The notes: a model not told the origin generated them from the sequence alone. A stretch of DNA of 64,000 nucleotides from an uncultured Candidatus Saccharibacteria bacterium (GCA_964600985.1 CAZRJR010000003.1:2583-66582), one strand, 5' to 3'. Shown: positions 50,661 to 60,198, counted from the first letter of the stretch. Numbers and translations: made by a program.

Positions 50661-50832
50661 TTGGCTCCGCACACTCCGCCGAGCGTAACTCTTCCCAGCA
50701 CATGCTAGGTGGGTATTCGCAGCGCACGGCCCTATGGAGCGTGGCAATCTAGAACTCCCAATGTAAGTAAACTAAGAGGAAAAAGTTACTGCCCCTTCAC
50801 TACGGAAGTTGTCGCGCAAGCGGTAGAGCCCC
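50661..50832 (-). ncRNA. ssrS: Probable 6S RNA
   Basis: ~170-nt irregular long hairpin with central bubble; TGGGAG (50755-50760) and ACCCACCT (50707-50714) match motifs recalled from Gram-positive 6S RNAs; extended -10 TGATATAAT at 50836-50844. Confidence 0.75.
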
Positions 50833-50856
50833 TTAATTATATCATGCGCCGAGCTA

Positions 50857-51489
50857 CTACAATACGGAGCTGCCAAGCAGTAAGCGAGCCAAGAAGGCTA
50901 TAGCCAGCGCGAGGTACGGGGCAAAGAATTGGTAGAATAAGAAGAGTATAAGCAGGACCCCCGCCAAGCCAAAGCGTTCTACACGATCCATAGCGTCGGC
51001 CAAAGCTGGCGGTGCTGCAGCATACAGCACGCGCGAACCATCCAGCGGCGGAATTGGTAGCATGTTAAACACAAAGAACCCGAGATTAATCAGTACAAAG
51101 GTGGTCAGGGCAGTTTCCACCCCTGTGGGCAAAGCAAAGAAGCGCAGGTACAGCGCTACAAAGGTAGCCATGGCAAAGTTGCTCAACGGCCCAGCTATCG
51201 CCACCAGGGCAGCCCCCCACTTGCCATAGCGCACAGCGTAGGGATTAAACGGCACGGGCTTTGCGGCGCCGAATACCACCGGCGATCCAGCTATGATTAG
51301 TATGATCGGCAGAAGTAAGGTAAAGAAAGGGTCAATGTGCTTGATAGGGTTAAGGGTAAGTCGCCCTTCGCGCTGAGCTGTTACATCACCCAACTGGTGA
51401 CCTGCCCAGGCATGACAAAACTCGTGCACGGTAATAGCGGTTACGAGCGTAAATATGTAAGTCAATATTGAGGCTAGGTTAAAACTCAT
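50857..51489 (-). CDS. Site-2 protease (M50 family)
   Basis: HEFCH, AGPLSN, FNMLPIPPLDG. Confidence 0.95.
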   Translation of the reverse strand: MSFNLASILTYIFTLVTAITVHEFCHAWAGHQLGDVTAQREGRLTLNPIKHIDPFFTLLLPIILIIAGSPVVFGAAKPVPFNPYAVRYGKWGAALVAIAGPLSNFAMATFVALYLRFFALPTGVETALTTFVLINLGFFVFNMLPIPPLDGSRVLYAAAPPALADAMDRVERFGLAGVLLILFLFYQFFAPYLALAIAFLARLLLGSSVL

Positions 51490-51650
51490 GCTTCAATAAT
51501 AGCTGATTGGGCTTAATCGAGCTAGCATGTAAGCCCCATAGAAGCTCATCGTAGGGTTGCACAAATAGGCCAAAAATGCTATCATACTGAGGTTACTTCG
51601 GCGCTCAATTAGCATAATAACTCGTAGCACGCCGAAAAAGGATTTAAATT

Positions 51651-51872
51651 ATGTCATACAAATGCGACATTACAGGTAAAGGCAAGCAGTTTGGCAACAA
51701 CGTTAGTCACTCTATGCGTCACACCAAGCGCGACTGGAAGCCTAATCTACAAACCAAAACGCTCATTATAGACGGCCAAAAGGTGCGCCTAAAACTGGCA
51801 GCCTCTACTATCCGTACGCTCAATAAATACCAAAGACAAGCCGCCCTACAAACCGAGCAAAAAGCCTCCTAA
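51651..51872 (+). CDS. rpmB: 50S ribosomal protein L28
   Basis: CDITGK, GNNVSHS, TKR.WKPNLQ. Confidence 0.97.
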   Translation: MSYKCDITGKGKQFGNNVSHSMRHTKRDWKPNLQTKTLIIDGQKVRLKLAASTIRTLNKYQRQAALQTEQKAS

Positions 51873-51887
51873 ATAGGAGGTTTTTTC
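51860..51887 (+). terminator. rpmB terminator
   Basis: GCCTCCTA-loop-TAGGAGGT followed by a T run. Confidence 0.85.
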
Positions 51888-51958
51888 GTTAAGCGTATGT
51901 TAATTTTAGCCCGGTCGCGGAATCTTGGGCAGATTGTATAACCAGGTGCGACGCGGAA

Positions 51959-52489
51959 TTAAGAGCTGAGTACCCTGACCTCTTGCTTGTCGTCCGCAAG
52001 GTCCTTGCGCTGTAGTTTGAGCTTTTCGGTCGGCTCAACATCCTTTGCTCCCATTTCTGACAAGAAAGCGTTTAGCTCGGTTTCGGTATAGTGAACTGGT
52101 ACCACCAGCTTGGGCTCGAGGGCGCTAGTCAGTTTGGCCACTGCTTCTGCCTTAGCTTCTTTAAGGGGTACAAAAAGCACATCACAACCACTTAGCGCCT
52201 CGCTGCCTTTATCGTCATCTTGAGGAAATACCGGCAAATACCCAAGACGTAAATCATCGAGTTCCACACGGAAACCAGTCATGCCACCTGCTAGCGCAAT
52301 GCCGTCGATCATGCAGCCTCGCACCTCGTACTCGCCCGGCCCATCAAAGGTCGTGAGGGTGCGCTTAGTCGTGGCAGGTTTCGAAAGCAGTGCCACGTCG
52401 CTCTTGGATTCGTCTGCGGGATCAAACACCACACTTAGACCTTTAGCTACCAGTTTTATACCGGATTTCTGTGAATATGTTATGTCCAT
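51959..52489 (-). CDS. Degenerate metallo-beta-lactamase-fold protein
   Basis: FDP, GPGEYEV, DVLFVP, LEPKLVVPVHY; metal-binding His motif absent. Confidence 0.7.
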   Translation of the reverse strand: MDITYSQKSGIKLVAKGLSVVFDPADESKSDVALLSKPATTKRTLTTFDGPGEYEVRGCMIDGIALAGGMTGFRVELDDLRLGYLPVFPQDDDKGSEALSGCDVLFVPLKEAKAEAVAKLTSALEPKLVVPVHYTETELNAFLSEMGAKDVEPTEKLKLQRKDLADDKQEVRVLSS

Positions 52490-52538
52490 ATAGTCTATTT
52501 TAACAAAAAATCACCCTCCCAACCAGGGCAAGAGCTGG

Positions 52539-53564
52539 TTATTCTTTACGAAAGTCTGGCTGACGCAAAATATCTTCGATTACTACAAGCAACGCAGCCG
52601 CCACCGGGGCTGCCAATAGCACGCCAATAAATCCAAGGAGCTTACCGCCAATTAATACCGCCATGAGAATGAATATTGGTGGCAAACCAAGTGCTCGCTT
52701 CATAACCTGAGGCACAATTACATGCCCCTCAATCTGCTGGATTACCAGAAAGAATATAGCCACCACCAGGCCTTTGCTCGGCGACACCGTAAACGCCACC
52801 AACACAGCCGGAATAGCACCCAAGTACGCCCCAACCAGCGGCACAAGCTCCATTATGCCCGCAATGATGGCGAGCGTAAGGGCGTAATCGATCCCAAGTA
52901 TAGTTAAGCCAATGAAGCTAGCTATGAAGATAATCAGCCCTAGTATTGCCTGGCCTCGCAACCAGTACCCTAGTTTAGTCGATATTGCCAGGCTAAGATT
53001 AACCAATCGTTTTTTAAGATGAGGCTGTGGTATAAAGTCAAAGCCCGCCACCACCACCTTTTTACCGCCCGAAAGCATGTAGAATGTAAGCACCAAGAAG
53101 GTTAAAAAGCCCAATATACCACTAAAGAAGCTAGCCGCCACCGGGCCCACGTTGTTAAGGGAGTTTTCAACCAATCCTGCTGCCTGGCTCGAGAGCTTAA
53201 TGTATACGCGGGTCATCTCCGGAGATTGAGCAAAGAATCCTCGCAGTTTTTCCTGGTACGAGGGTAGATTATGCGAGATAGTTGCGATCTGGGCGGTAAG
53301 TGTGGGGACGACCAGGAGTATGGTACCCATTATAATGGCAGCAAACGCCACGTAGATTAATACCACCGCGACAATCCTAGGGAGCTTAAGCCTTTGCAGT
53401 GCTTTAACCGAAGGGTCTAGTGCTGTAGCGAACACAACACTTGCAAATATTAAAATCAAAATATCCGATATTAACCACAGGACTACTAGGCCAGCTATGA
53501 CCGCTAGCAAGTACAAAAACGAACGTAGAGATATATCGGCCGTTACCCGCCCCTCTTTTGCCAT
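52539..53564 (-). CDS. AI-2E family (PerM) transporter
   Basis: Multiple TM helices; YWLRGQ, ELVPLVGA, QQIEGHVIVPQVM, G..GVLLA.P. Confidence 0.92.
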   Translation of the reverse strand: MAKEGRVTADISLRSFLYLLAVIAGLVVLWLISDILILIFASVVFATALDPSVKALQRLKLPRIVAVVLIYVAFAAIIMGTILLVVPTLTAQIATISHNLPSYQEKLRGFFAQSPEMTRVYIKLSSQAAGLVENSLNNVGPVAASFFSGILGFLTFLVLTFYMLSGGKKVVVAGFDFIPQPHLKKRLVNLSLAISTKLGYWLRGQAILGLIIFIASFIGLTILGIDYALTLAIIAGIMELVPLVGAYLGAIPAVLVAFTVSPSKGLVVAIFFLVIQQIEGHVIVPQVMKRALGLPPIFILMAVLIGGKLLGFIGVLLAAPVAAALLVVIEDILRQPDFRKE

Positions 53565-53565
53565 A

Positions 53566-54258
53566 CTAGCCGCCGCTAACCGTTACTTTAATAGCTTCAT
53601 CGGTAGAGATGTTAGGGTTTGGAGCACTTAAGTCGGCTTCCTTAACCCCTTCTTGCACAGGTGCTTTACCAAACACCTCCAGCGTATCAAGCAAAACGGT
53701 CTTTTTGGCGTCCAGTATATCCATCAGGAACCGGTCATTTAGATTACGACGATAATCAAAGTCTTCTACCCGCATAGCCCAGTAATTAAGCTCGCGGCTC
53801 ATTTCTTGTTCCATGTCACCAATAATCTTGGCTAGCTGAGCCTTGTTCATGTCGCCGATTATGCAAATGTCTACGTTCTGGTTGCTACCACGCACAAAAG
53901 CACCAGACAAGAACAGAACCTTAACATTGCCAGCCCGAGAAATTTTCTTAAGAATTTGGTCTTCTTCTTTGGTTTCTTTAATCTCCTTAGTTTTAGTCGA
54001 GATCTGCTGGAAGATGGACTGGAGTTCATTATGGAATTTATACTTTGGGTCAACCTCGTAGTACAGCCGATTGGACTGGTTAACTGACTTTACGATCCCG
54101 ATATTAAGCAAGTTTTGCAGCTCACGACGTACTGAGTTGATTTGCTCATCGACTTTACGGGTAATCTCACGTACATAGAATGGTCGCTCGGGATTGTTAT
54201 AAAACAAGCTCAGAAGTTTTACTCTCGTCTTTGATCCAAACAATTGTTCGAAGCGCAT
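53566..54258 (-). CDS. wHTH regulator with nucleotidyltransferase-like C-domain
   Basis: LFGSKTRVKLL, YVREITR, NSVRREL; LSG.F...VDI.IIG. Confidence 0.75.
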   Translation of the reverse strand: MRFEQLFGSKTRVKLLSLFYNNPERPFYVREITRKVDEQINSVRRELQNLLNIGIVKSVNQSNRLYYEVDPKYKFHNELQSIFQQISTKTKEIKETKEEDQILKKISRAGNVKVLFLSGAFVRGSNQNVDICIIGDMNKAQLAKIIGDMEQEMSRELNYWAMRVEDFDYRRNLNDRFLMDILDAKKTVLLDTLEVFGKAPVQEGVKEADLSAPNPNISTDEAIKVTVSGG

Positions 54259-54366
54259 TTTTGTATTCTCCTACCTCAAAATGTGTGCAATAGTGCGCGT
54301 TTATTGCTTTGTATACGTCGTATTATATGCCTTTGGCTTGCGAATTGCCAATGCTTTTTAGGGCAA

Positions 54367-55227
54367 TTATTGGGCTAAATAATCGCGAACAAGCACATTG
54401 GCCTCACTCGCTTTATTGAGCCAATGAATTGCTTCATTGCGTTTAAACCATGTAATTTGTCGCTTAGCGAGTGCAAAGTCGTCGCGTGCAAAGCGATCCT
54501 TGAGCTCCGTAAGTGTAATGCGACGATCCAAATAATCCCGAGCGTGCTTGTAGCCAATTATGCTGAACTGTGGACAATCATGACCATAGCGATCAATGAG
54601 ATTCTGCACTTCTTGAACAAAGCCATTGTTCAACATAACTTCAATTCGGCTAGCTATTATTTGCTTTAATAAAAGTCTATTTGGCATTATGCCTAGTAAA
54701 AGAGCATGGTACTTTAACTTCGTGCGGTCTGCTTTACTAGCCAGCCCCCGCATAAGTATTTGCTCTAGTCGGAGCCTGTTATGCAGGTCGATATCGTCGA
54801 TATCATTCGGATAATTCTCGGCAACTTGTTTTTGAAGTTCGGCAAGCGGCATGGCGGAGTAATCTACTTTACTATTCCTACTTTCACGGAACTGATAATC
54901 ATACAACACACTATCTACGTACATGCCGCTCCCGCCCACCAGAAAAGCCACTCCGCCTCTGCTCCAAATGTCATGGATAGCTTTCTCGGCCAGAGCCTTA
55001 AACTGCGCAGCGCTAAACGGCTCCCCTGGCTCACAAACATCGAGCAAATAGTGCGGCACAAGCTTTCGATCCTTGGTAGTCGGTTTGGCTGTACCAATAT
55101 CAAAACCCCTATAGACTGTGCGTGAATCTGCACATATAATCTCGCCGCCATACTCCTGCGCGAGCTCCATAGCGAGTGCAGACTTCCCGCTGGCAGTAGG
55201 ACCAACTATAGCGATTAGCTTATGTAT
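54367..55227 (-). CDS. miaA: tRNA dimethylallyltransferase; no canonical start codon upstream of the P-loop
   Basis: IAIVGPTASGKS, ADSRTVY, IGTAKP, VGGSGMY, AKRQITWF; start assumed at ATA 55227. Confidence 0.9.
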   Translation of the reverse strand: MHKLIAIVGPTASGKSALAMELAQEYGGEIICADSRTVYRGFDIGTAKPTTKDRKLVPHYLLDVCEPGEPFSAAQFKALAEKAIHDIWSRGGVAFLVGGSGMYVDSVLYDYQFRESRNSKVDYSAMPLAELQKQVAENYPNDIDDIDLHNRLRLEQILMRGLASKADRTKLKYHALLLGIMPNRLLLKQIIASRIEVMLNNGFVQEVQNLIDRYGHDCPQFSIIGYKHARDYLDRRITLTELKDRFARDDFALAKRQITWFKRNEAIHWLNKASEANVLVRDYLAQ

Positions 55228-55709
55228 TGCTTTGCCCTTTCTAGTATTGCTGATTCATCTAAGTCCTCGTAGCCAGTCTGTTCGCGCTGCTTTTTCATCT
55301 TGGTTATGAGGAAGTTCGCATCATACCATCCTACCTGGCTAGTACTTTCAGCATCTATGCTTCCCCTTACCGATATGTCCTGACTAACAAGATCACACAA
55401 GAAGTACAAGGTGGTCTTTTCGCGTAGTGACGCAACTCCTTGTATATTTGCGACTATACTTCCAATGTAATGGCGCGTCGTCGCCTTAGCTCCAAATTCC
55501 TCTTTTAAGCCACGTATTAGGGTCGCTTCTACAGATTCGCCAGGCTCAGGTGTTTCTCGCATAAGGATGTAAAAGTCTTTCGCCTCGCGGGATCCAATCT
55601 TAAGTTCATCGAAGTAGTGAGCGCAAACCTTGCCTTCCCCATTTACCAACACCGCACCAATAGAAACGTGATAGGGATAGCTCGTACTGCCCTGGAGCAA
55701 GTTAGCCAT
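55215..55709 (-). CDS. NUDIX-family hydrolase
   Basis: ETPEPGESVEATLIRGLKEEFG Nudix-like box. Confidence 0.8.
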   Translation of the reverse strand: MANLLQGSTSYPYHVSIGAVLVNGEGKVCAHYFDELKIGSREAKDFYILMRETPEPGESVEATLIRGLKEEFGAKATTRHYIGSIVANIQGVASLREKTTLYFLCDLVSQDISVRGSIDAESTSQVGWYDANFLITKMKKQREQTGYEDLDESAILERAKQYIS

Positions 55710-55717
55710 ATAGAGCC

Positions 55718-57517
55718 CTATGCCTGTCTTGTGCTGATTTCATGCGTGACCTGTTGACAGAATTCATCTACGCCCTTACTGCCTTCATCACCCTCTCCTC
55801 GCTTGCGTACAGCCACTTGGTGAGCCTCTTGCTCCCGTTCGCCTACAACCAATACGTATGGTACCTTCATAGCTTCTGCGCTACGTATACGTTTGCCAAG
55901 TGACTCGTTATCGTCGTCCAGTACCACCCGCAAGCCTGACTTTTTGAGCTCCTGGACTACCTTCGAGCCATATTCATTAAACTTTTCTGACACTGGCACA
56001 ACTCGTACTTGCTCTGGGGACAGCCAAACAGGAAAAGCACCCGCAGTATGTTCGATGTAGACCGACAGAAATCGCTCAATTGAACCGAGCAAAGCAAAGT
56101 GAATCATGACAGGGGTCTTGGCCTCGCCATCGCGATCAATGTAACTAAGACCGAAGCGTTCTGGCTGCACAAAGTCGAGTTGAGGAGTAGCCAGCTGGTG
56201 CTCACGCCCCAAGGCATCGGTTGCCATAAAATCAATCTTAGGCCCATAAAAGGCGGCTTCGCCCTCAGCCTCATAAAATTCTAAGCCACTCGCTTCGAGT
56301 ACTTTGCGTAGCGTAACTTCGGCTTGCTCCCAAGTCTCAGCACTACCCAAGTACGCATCCGATCCGTCACGTTTAGACAAGCGAGCCCGCAGTTTCATCC
56401 CTAAAGAACTATAGAACTCTTTTGTAATAGCCGTGAGTTCCCTGAGCACATCCTGGATTTGATCGGGAGTGCAGAAAATATGACTGTCATCTTGAGTAAT
56501 TGCCCGCACACGTGAGAGTCCACCCAGCTCACCACTCTTTTCATCGCGATACACAGTGGTGGTCTCGAGATAGCGGATTGGTAAATCGCGGTAACTACGC
56601 GGACGAGCGGCGTAGATTTGCTGGTGATGGGGACAGTTCATGGGCTTTAGTACAAGCTGATCAGATGTTTCTTGGCTTTTTACCAGGAAGAGTTCCTCGC
56701 CAAATTTTGCCCAGTGACCAGAAGTCTCATACAGTTCCTTCTTGGTAACATGAGGTATCCAGACTTTCTCGAAACCCAGATCTAGGCGCAGCTGCTGTGA
56801 GTATTCGTTCAAAAGCTCTCTTAGAATAGTCCCCTTAGGGGTGAACAGCGGCAAGCCTGAACCAACTTTCTCTGAGAAAACGAACAGATCGAGCTCCTTA
56901 CCCAGCTTGCGATGGTCGCGTTTTTCGGCTTCGGTAAGCATTTCCAGATGGCTACCCAGCTCTTGCTGCGTCGCAAAAGCTAGTCCATACAAACGCTGCA
57001 TCTGTGGGTTCTCTTCCTTACCACGCCAGTAAGCACCGGCCAGCTTAGTAAGCTTAAAAGCACCGGCTTCTGCCGTGTTATTCAAGTGTGGTCCTCGACA
57101 CAAATCCACAAAGTCGCCAGTTTTATATACGCTCACTGTTGTTACTTTAGCAACGTTATCATCAATCAGTTTCTCCCCACTATCTATAATTGCGGTTGTT
57201 CCTTTTTCCTTAAGATCTCGCAAGAGTTCCACTTTAAAGGGCTGATTATGTGATTCAAAGTAGCTTATTGCTTCATCAATTGGCCACTCTTCGCGCACGA
57301 AGTCTAGCTTAGCGGCAATAATGGACTTCATTTCCTTCTCGATACCAGCTAAATCATCGCTACCCAATGCCTTATCGAGCTTAATATCGTAGTAAAAACC
57401 ATTATCCACTACAGGCCCCACGCCAAATTGAGCGTCCGAGTGTAGCCCCTGCACTGCTGCCGCTAAAATGTGCGCCATTGAGTGCCGCATCGCTTCTATA
57501 TTTGCTTGATCCGCCAT
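55718..57517 (-). CDS. thrS: Threonine--tRNA ligase
   Basis: RHSMAH, DLCRGPH, RDHRKLG, KPMNCP, YRDEKSG, FYGPKID, GSIERF. Confidence 0.98.
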   Translation of the reverse strand: MADQANIEAMRHSMAHILAAAVQGLHSDAQFGVGPVVDNGFYYDIKLDKALGSDDLAGIEKEMKSIIAAKLDFVREEWPIDEAISYFESHNQPFKVELLRDLKEKGTTAIIDSGEKLIDDNVAKVTTVSVYKTGDFVDLCRGPHLNNTAEAGAFKLTKLAGAYWRGKEENPQMQRLYGLAFATQQELGSHLEMLTEAEKRDHRKLGKELDLFVFSEKVGSGLPLFTPKGTILRELLNEYSQQLRLDLGFEKVWIPHVTKKELYETSGHWAKFGEELFLVKSQETSDQLVLKPMNCPHHQQIYAARPRSYRDLPIRYLETTTVYRDEKSGELGGLSRVRAITQDDSHIFCTPDQIQDVLRELTAITKEFYSSLGMKLRARLSKRDGSDAYLGSAETWEQAEVTLRKVLEASGLEFYEAEGEAAFYGPKIDFMATDALGREHQLATPQLDFVQPERFGLSYIDRDGEAKTPVMIHFALLGSIERFLSVYIEHTAGAFPVWLSPEQVRVVPVSEKFNEYGSKVVQELKKSGLRVVLDDDNESLGKRIRSAEAMKVPYVLVVGEREQEAHQVAVRKRGEGDEGSKGVDEFCQQVTHEISTRQA

Positions 57518-57547
57518 ACATCAACTCCATTCTTTAGTGCATTATAC

Positions 57548-57690
57548 AAAAACCACCAATCGATATTGCCCGGCCCCAATGTTGTATCGGGGGGTTCCAC
57601 CGGGCTTATCCATGGTGGATCACTCTTTCTGACTTGTTTCGCGTCGTCAGCCGCGGAGCTTGCCAAGGTGGTAGCTTGGCTCAAACACTC
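57548..57690 (-). promoter_or_regulatory. Compact T-box-like riboswitch leader of thrS
   Basis: GCCCGG-UGGAACC-CCCC / GGGG-CCGGGC antiterminator; short stem with ACC (Thr codon) in its loop. Confidence 0.6.
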
Positions 57691-57739
57691 TCTTTACATT
57701 CTCTATCTAGCCCCAGCATAGACCAAAAAGCTCAAAAAT

Positions 57740-58354
57740 TCAAGCGTGACCCAACCCCTTGCTCAGAGGTATCCCAGTTTTGCACAGTGGACAGTTTTCT
57801 GGCTCGTAAATGTTTAGCTTAAAGTCAATAAAACTGTATAACTTTGGTACACCAAAATCCTCGGCCAAAGAATCATAACGGTTGCATAAACAGCCAATGC
57901 CGACTACTTCACACTCTATCCTCGCGATCTCGCGCTGCAGACCCCTGAGTGAGTTTCCCTGGTTAATTATATCGTCAACGAGCAACACCCTTTTACCGTG
58001 AATCATTTCATCGTACCCACGTCGAATTATAAACTCGCCCTCTGTTTTACGTTTATCAGCATACACGGCGAGAACTTCTCGCTTTTCAAGCTTACCTAGA
58101 TGATGTGCGATCCATTGGCTCAATACTACACCACCCGCAACAGGCCCTATCACGGCATCAACGCTAATCCCTGCAAATTCTCGTGCAATACCCTGGCAAA
58201 TTTCACTCACAAGCTCTACATGGGGCAACAAGGCGTCTTTATTTAAATAAGTATCACCGTGTTTGCCAGAAGTATATACGTAGTGACCGTTACCGCGCAG
58301 TACGTTGTGTTCCTGAAGGAACTTTTCGGCCTGCTGTCTAGATAGTATAGGCAT
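57740..58354 (-). CDS. pyrE: Orotate phosphoribosyltransferase-like PRTase
   Basis: SGKHGDTY, VLLVDDIINQGNS PRPP motif, C-terminal CPLC. Confidence 0.8.
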   Translation of the reverse strand: MPILSRQQAEKFLQEHNVLRGNGHYVYTSGKHGDTYLNKDALLPHVELVSEICQGIAREFAGISVDAVIGPVAGGVVLSQWIAHHLGKLEKREVLAVYADKRKTEGEFIIRRGYDEMIHGKRVLLVDDIINQGNSLRGLQREIARIECEVVGIGCLCNRYDSLAEDFGVPKLYSFIDFKLNIYEPENCPLCKTGIPLSKGLGHA

Positions 58355-58376
58355 AAATGGTATTCCTGATAATTAC

Positions 58377-58453
58377 TGGTGGGCCCTAGAGGATTCGAAC
58401 CACTGACCTCTTCCACGTCAAGGAAGCGCTCTAGCCAACTGAGCTAAGGGCCC
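58377..58453 (-). tRNA. tRNA-Val (GAC)
   Basis: Cloverleaf, CTTCC-TTGACGT-GGAAG anticodon arm, GTTCGAATC, CCA. Confidence 0.97.
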
Positions 58454-58541
58454 GTAAAATTTTCAAGCAATTATGTTTTGCACGCATCTTTTACAGTATA
58501 GGAGCGCTGGCGCTCTTTTTACTCTAACAACCTACGGCTTT

Positions 58542-58562
58542 GGCCGACTGAGCTAGGGGCCC
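58542..58562 (-). pseudogene. 5' tRNA fragment resembling the adjacent tRNA-Val
   Basis: GGGCCCCTAGCTCAGTCGGCC vs GGGCCCTTAGCTCAGTTGGCT (18/21); no T-arm follows. Confidence 0.55.
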
Positions 58563-58605
58563 ATGTGTGCGTTAACCACACACTACTTTAGGCCAATCAG
58601 CCAGC

Positions 58606-60198
58606 CTACGTCAACTCGTTTAGCAAAAATGCCAATCTAACCTGTACGGCATCTTCAAACTTAGTAAGGTCATAGCCGGTGAGTTGTCGAATGCGATTAA
58701 CTCGGTAAATGAGTGTATTGCGATGCACCTTAAGGCGGCGTGCAGCTAGAGTAAGGTTCAACGAGGAATCCAAAAGCGCGTGTGTAGTTGCCTCGAGATG
58801 CTTCTGAGTACGAATGCCTTGCACCGTCGTTTCGGCGCTATGACAAGCAAACTCGCGCGCTTCCTTGGTTCCGATCAGTGCCAACAATCCACTAGCAAAT
58901 CCGCCGTTCACCACTCTTGCAGTCGACCACTTTTGCGACGCTATTGACTGGGTATACTGCAAGGCTATTAGGGAATTACAAAGCTGGCCCCGTGCCTGTT
59001 GGCTTGTTAAGTACGTGACCTTTGAGCCCACTGGGAGCTTACCTACAAGCTGCTCTGCCTGACGAGCGGCTTGCCGAGCTGGTATGTTGTCCACCATAAG
59101 CCAGCGGCTCTCACTAAGCTTAACTTTAGCAATAAACGTTGTACTCATATCAACATTAGCGAGATTCGCAGTAGTCTCTACTAAGTACAGGGCGAACTCC
59201 TTTGCTAAACTCACCCCTACACCGGCCATAAACTGGCGAATCTTGGCGTCACGCTGCGTAGAGCCTCCTAGCAAAGCCACTGTAACCTTGTCACGTAAAC
59301 AAACGTTATCCTCCTGCTCGACGTCGGGCGGCCCAGTATAGTCAATCTCCTGGAGAGACACGGCCAAATACAATTGTGTGGCATCGTTAAAGTCAAGTGG
59401 ATCCAAGCCTGTATGCTGACGAATTTTGTCTAGGCGATATATGACCGTATTACGATGAATCCTAGCCACCCTAGCTACTTCCGTAGGGCTCATACTATGC
59501 GCAAAGAACATTTTAAGCGTCGGTAGCAACACCTTGGGCCTGGCGAGTGCTGCAAGCAGTTCTTGGCTCTGAAGGCGCGACTGCGTACGCATACTGTCGC
59601 CATCTGCTATACACGCGACCAAGCCAATGTCTGCTTGGCGGTATACATACGGCTTACCCCAGAGCTGCTTGCCTAAAGTGGCGGCGTTAATCGCGTCTAG
59701 GTAGGCGTGCGGCAAAGCAGTATGCCGAGACGCGGCTTCGCTCAGCCCTATATTAACTTCCTTACCCAGAGCACGGGCAGCTTTTTTGAGTGCCGTACTT
59801 ACTTCATTCGAGCTGTCCGACTCATCTTCGAAAGGCAGTATCACGCATAATTGTGAACCACCCATATAGAGTAAGATTTGTTGGCCACGGATAAGCTCAT
59901 GTGCCTTCTGGAACCATTGATGTGTAAGCTCGGTGCTTTCGTTTGTGGCCGGATCGTTATTTTGCAGTTCGGCCACCACCACAATGCTTGGCAGAGCTAC
60001 TCGACGCAACGCAGCCCGAACCAAAGGCTGGGACGGAACAACTCCTTGCAAGTAAAGGCTCAATGCCTGACTAGCCTCTTGGTTTGAGGGTGTTTTATAG
60101 TGAAGCCTGGCAGTAAAACTCTCAATTATTTTTGGCGACAATACAGGCCCAGATAGCACTGGGGCATTCTTCTTACCTACTTCGAGCCGTGTCGTCAT
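58606..60198 (-). CDS. PucR/CdaR-family regulator with tandem duplicated modules
   Basis: Two HTH motifs: HRNTVIYRLDKIRQHTGLD and HRNTLIYRVNRIRQLTGYD. Confidence 0.85.
   Translation of the reverse strand: MTTRLEVGKKNAPVLSGPVLSPKIIESFTARLHYKTPSNQEASQALSLYLQGVVPSQPLVRAALRRVALPSIVVVAELQNNDPATNESTELTHQWFQKAHELIRGQQILLYMGGSQLCVILPFEDESDSSNEVSTALKKAARALGKEVNIGLSEAASRHTALPHAYLDAINAATLGKQLWGKPYVYRQADIGLVACIADGDSMRTQSRLQSQELLAALARPKVLLPTLKMFFAHSMSPTEVARVARIHRNTVIYRLDKIRQHTGLDPLDFNDATQLYLAVSLQEIDYTGPPDVEQEDNVCLRDKVTVALLGGSTQRDAKIRQFMAGVGVSLAKEFALYLVETTANLANVDMSTTFIAKVKLSESRWLMVDNIPARQAARQAEQLVGKLPVGSKVTYLTSQQARGQLCNSLIALQYTQSIASQKWSTARVVNGGFASGLLALIGTKEAREFACHSAETTVQGIRTQKHLEATTHALLDSSLNLTLAARRLKVHRNTLIYRVNRIRQLTGYDLTKFEDAVQVRLAFLLNELT

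Noticed and set aside
57496-57684. 62-aa ORF upstream of thrS as a leader peptide
   Set aside because: Not Thr-rich, weak start, and the region is better explained by the T-box-like structure
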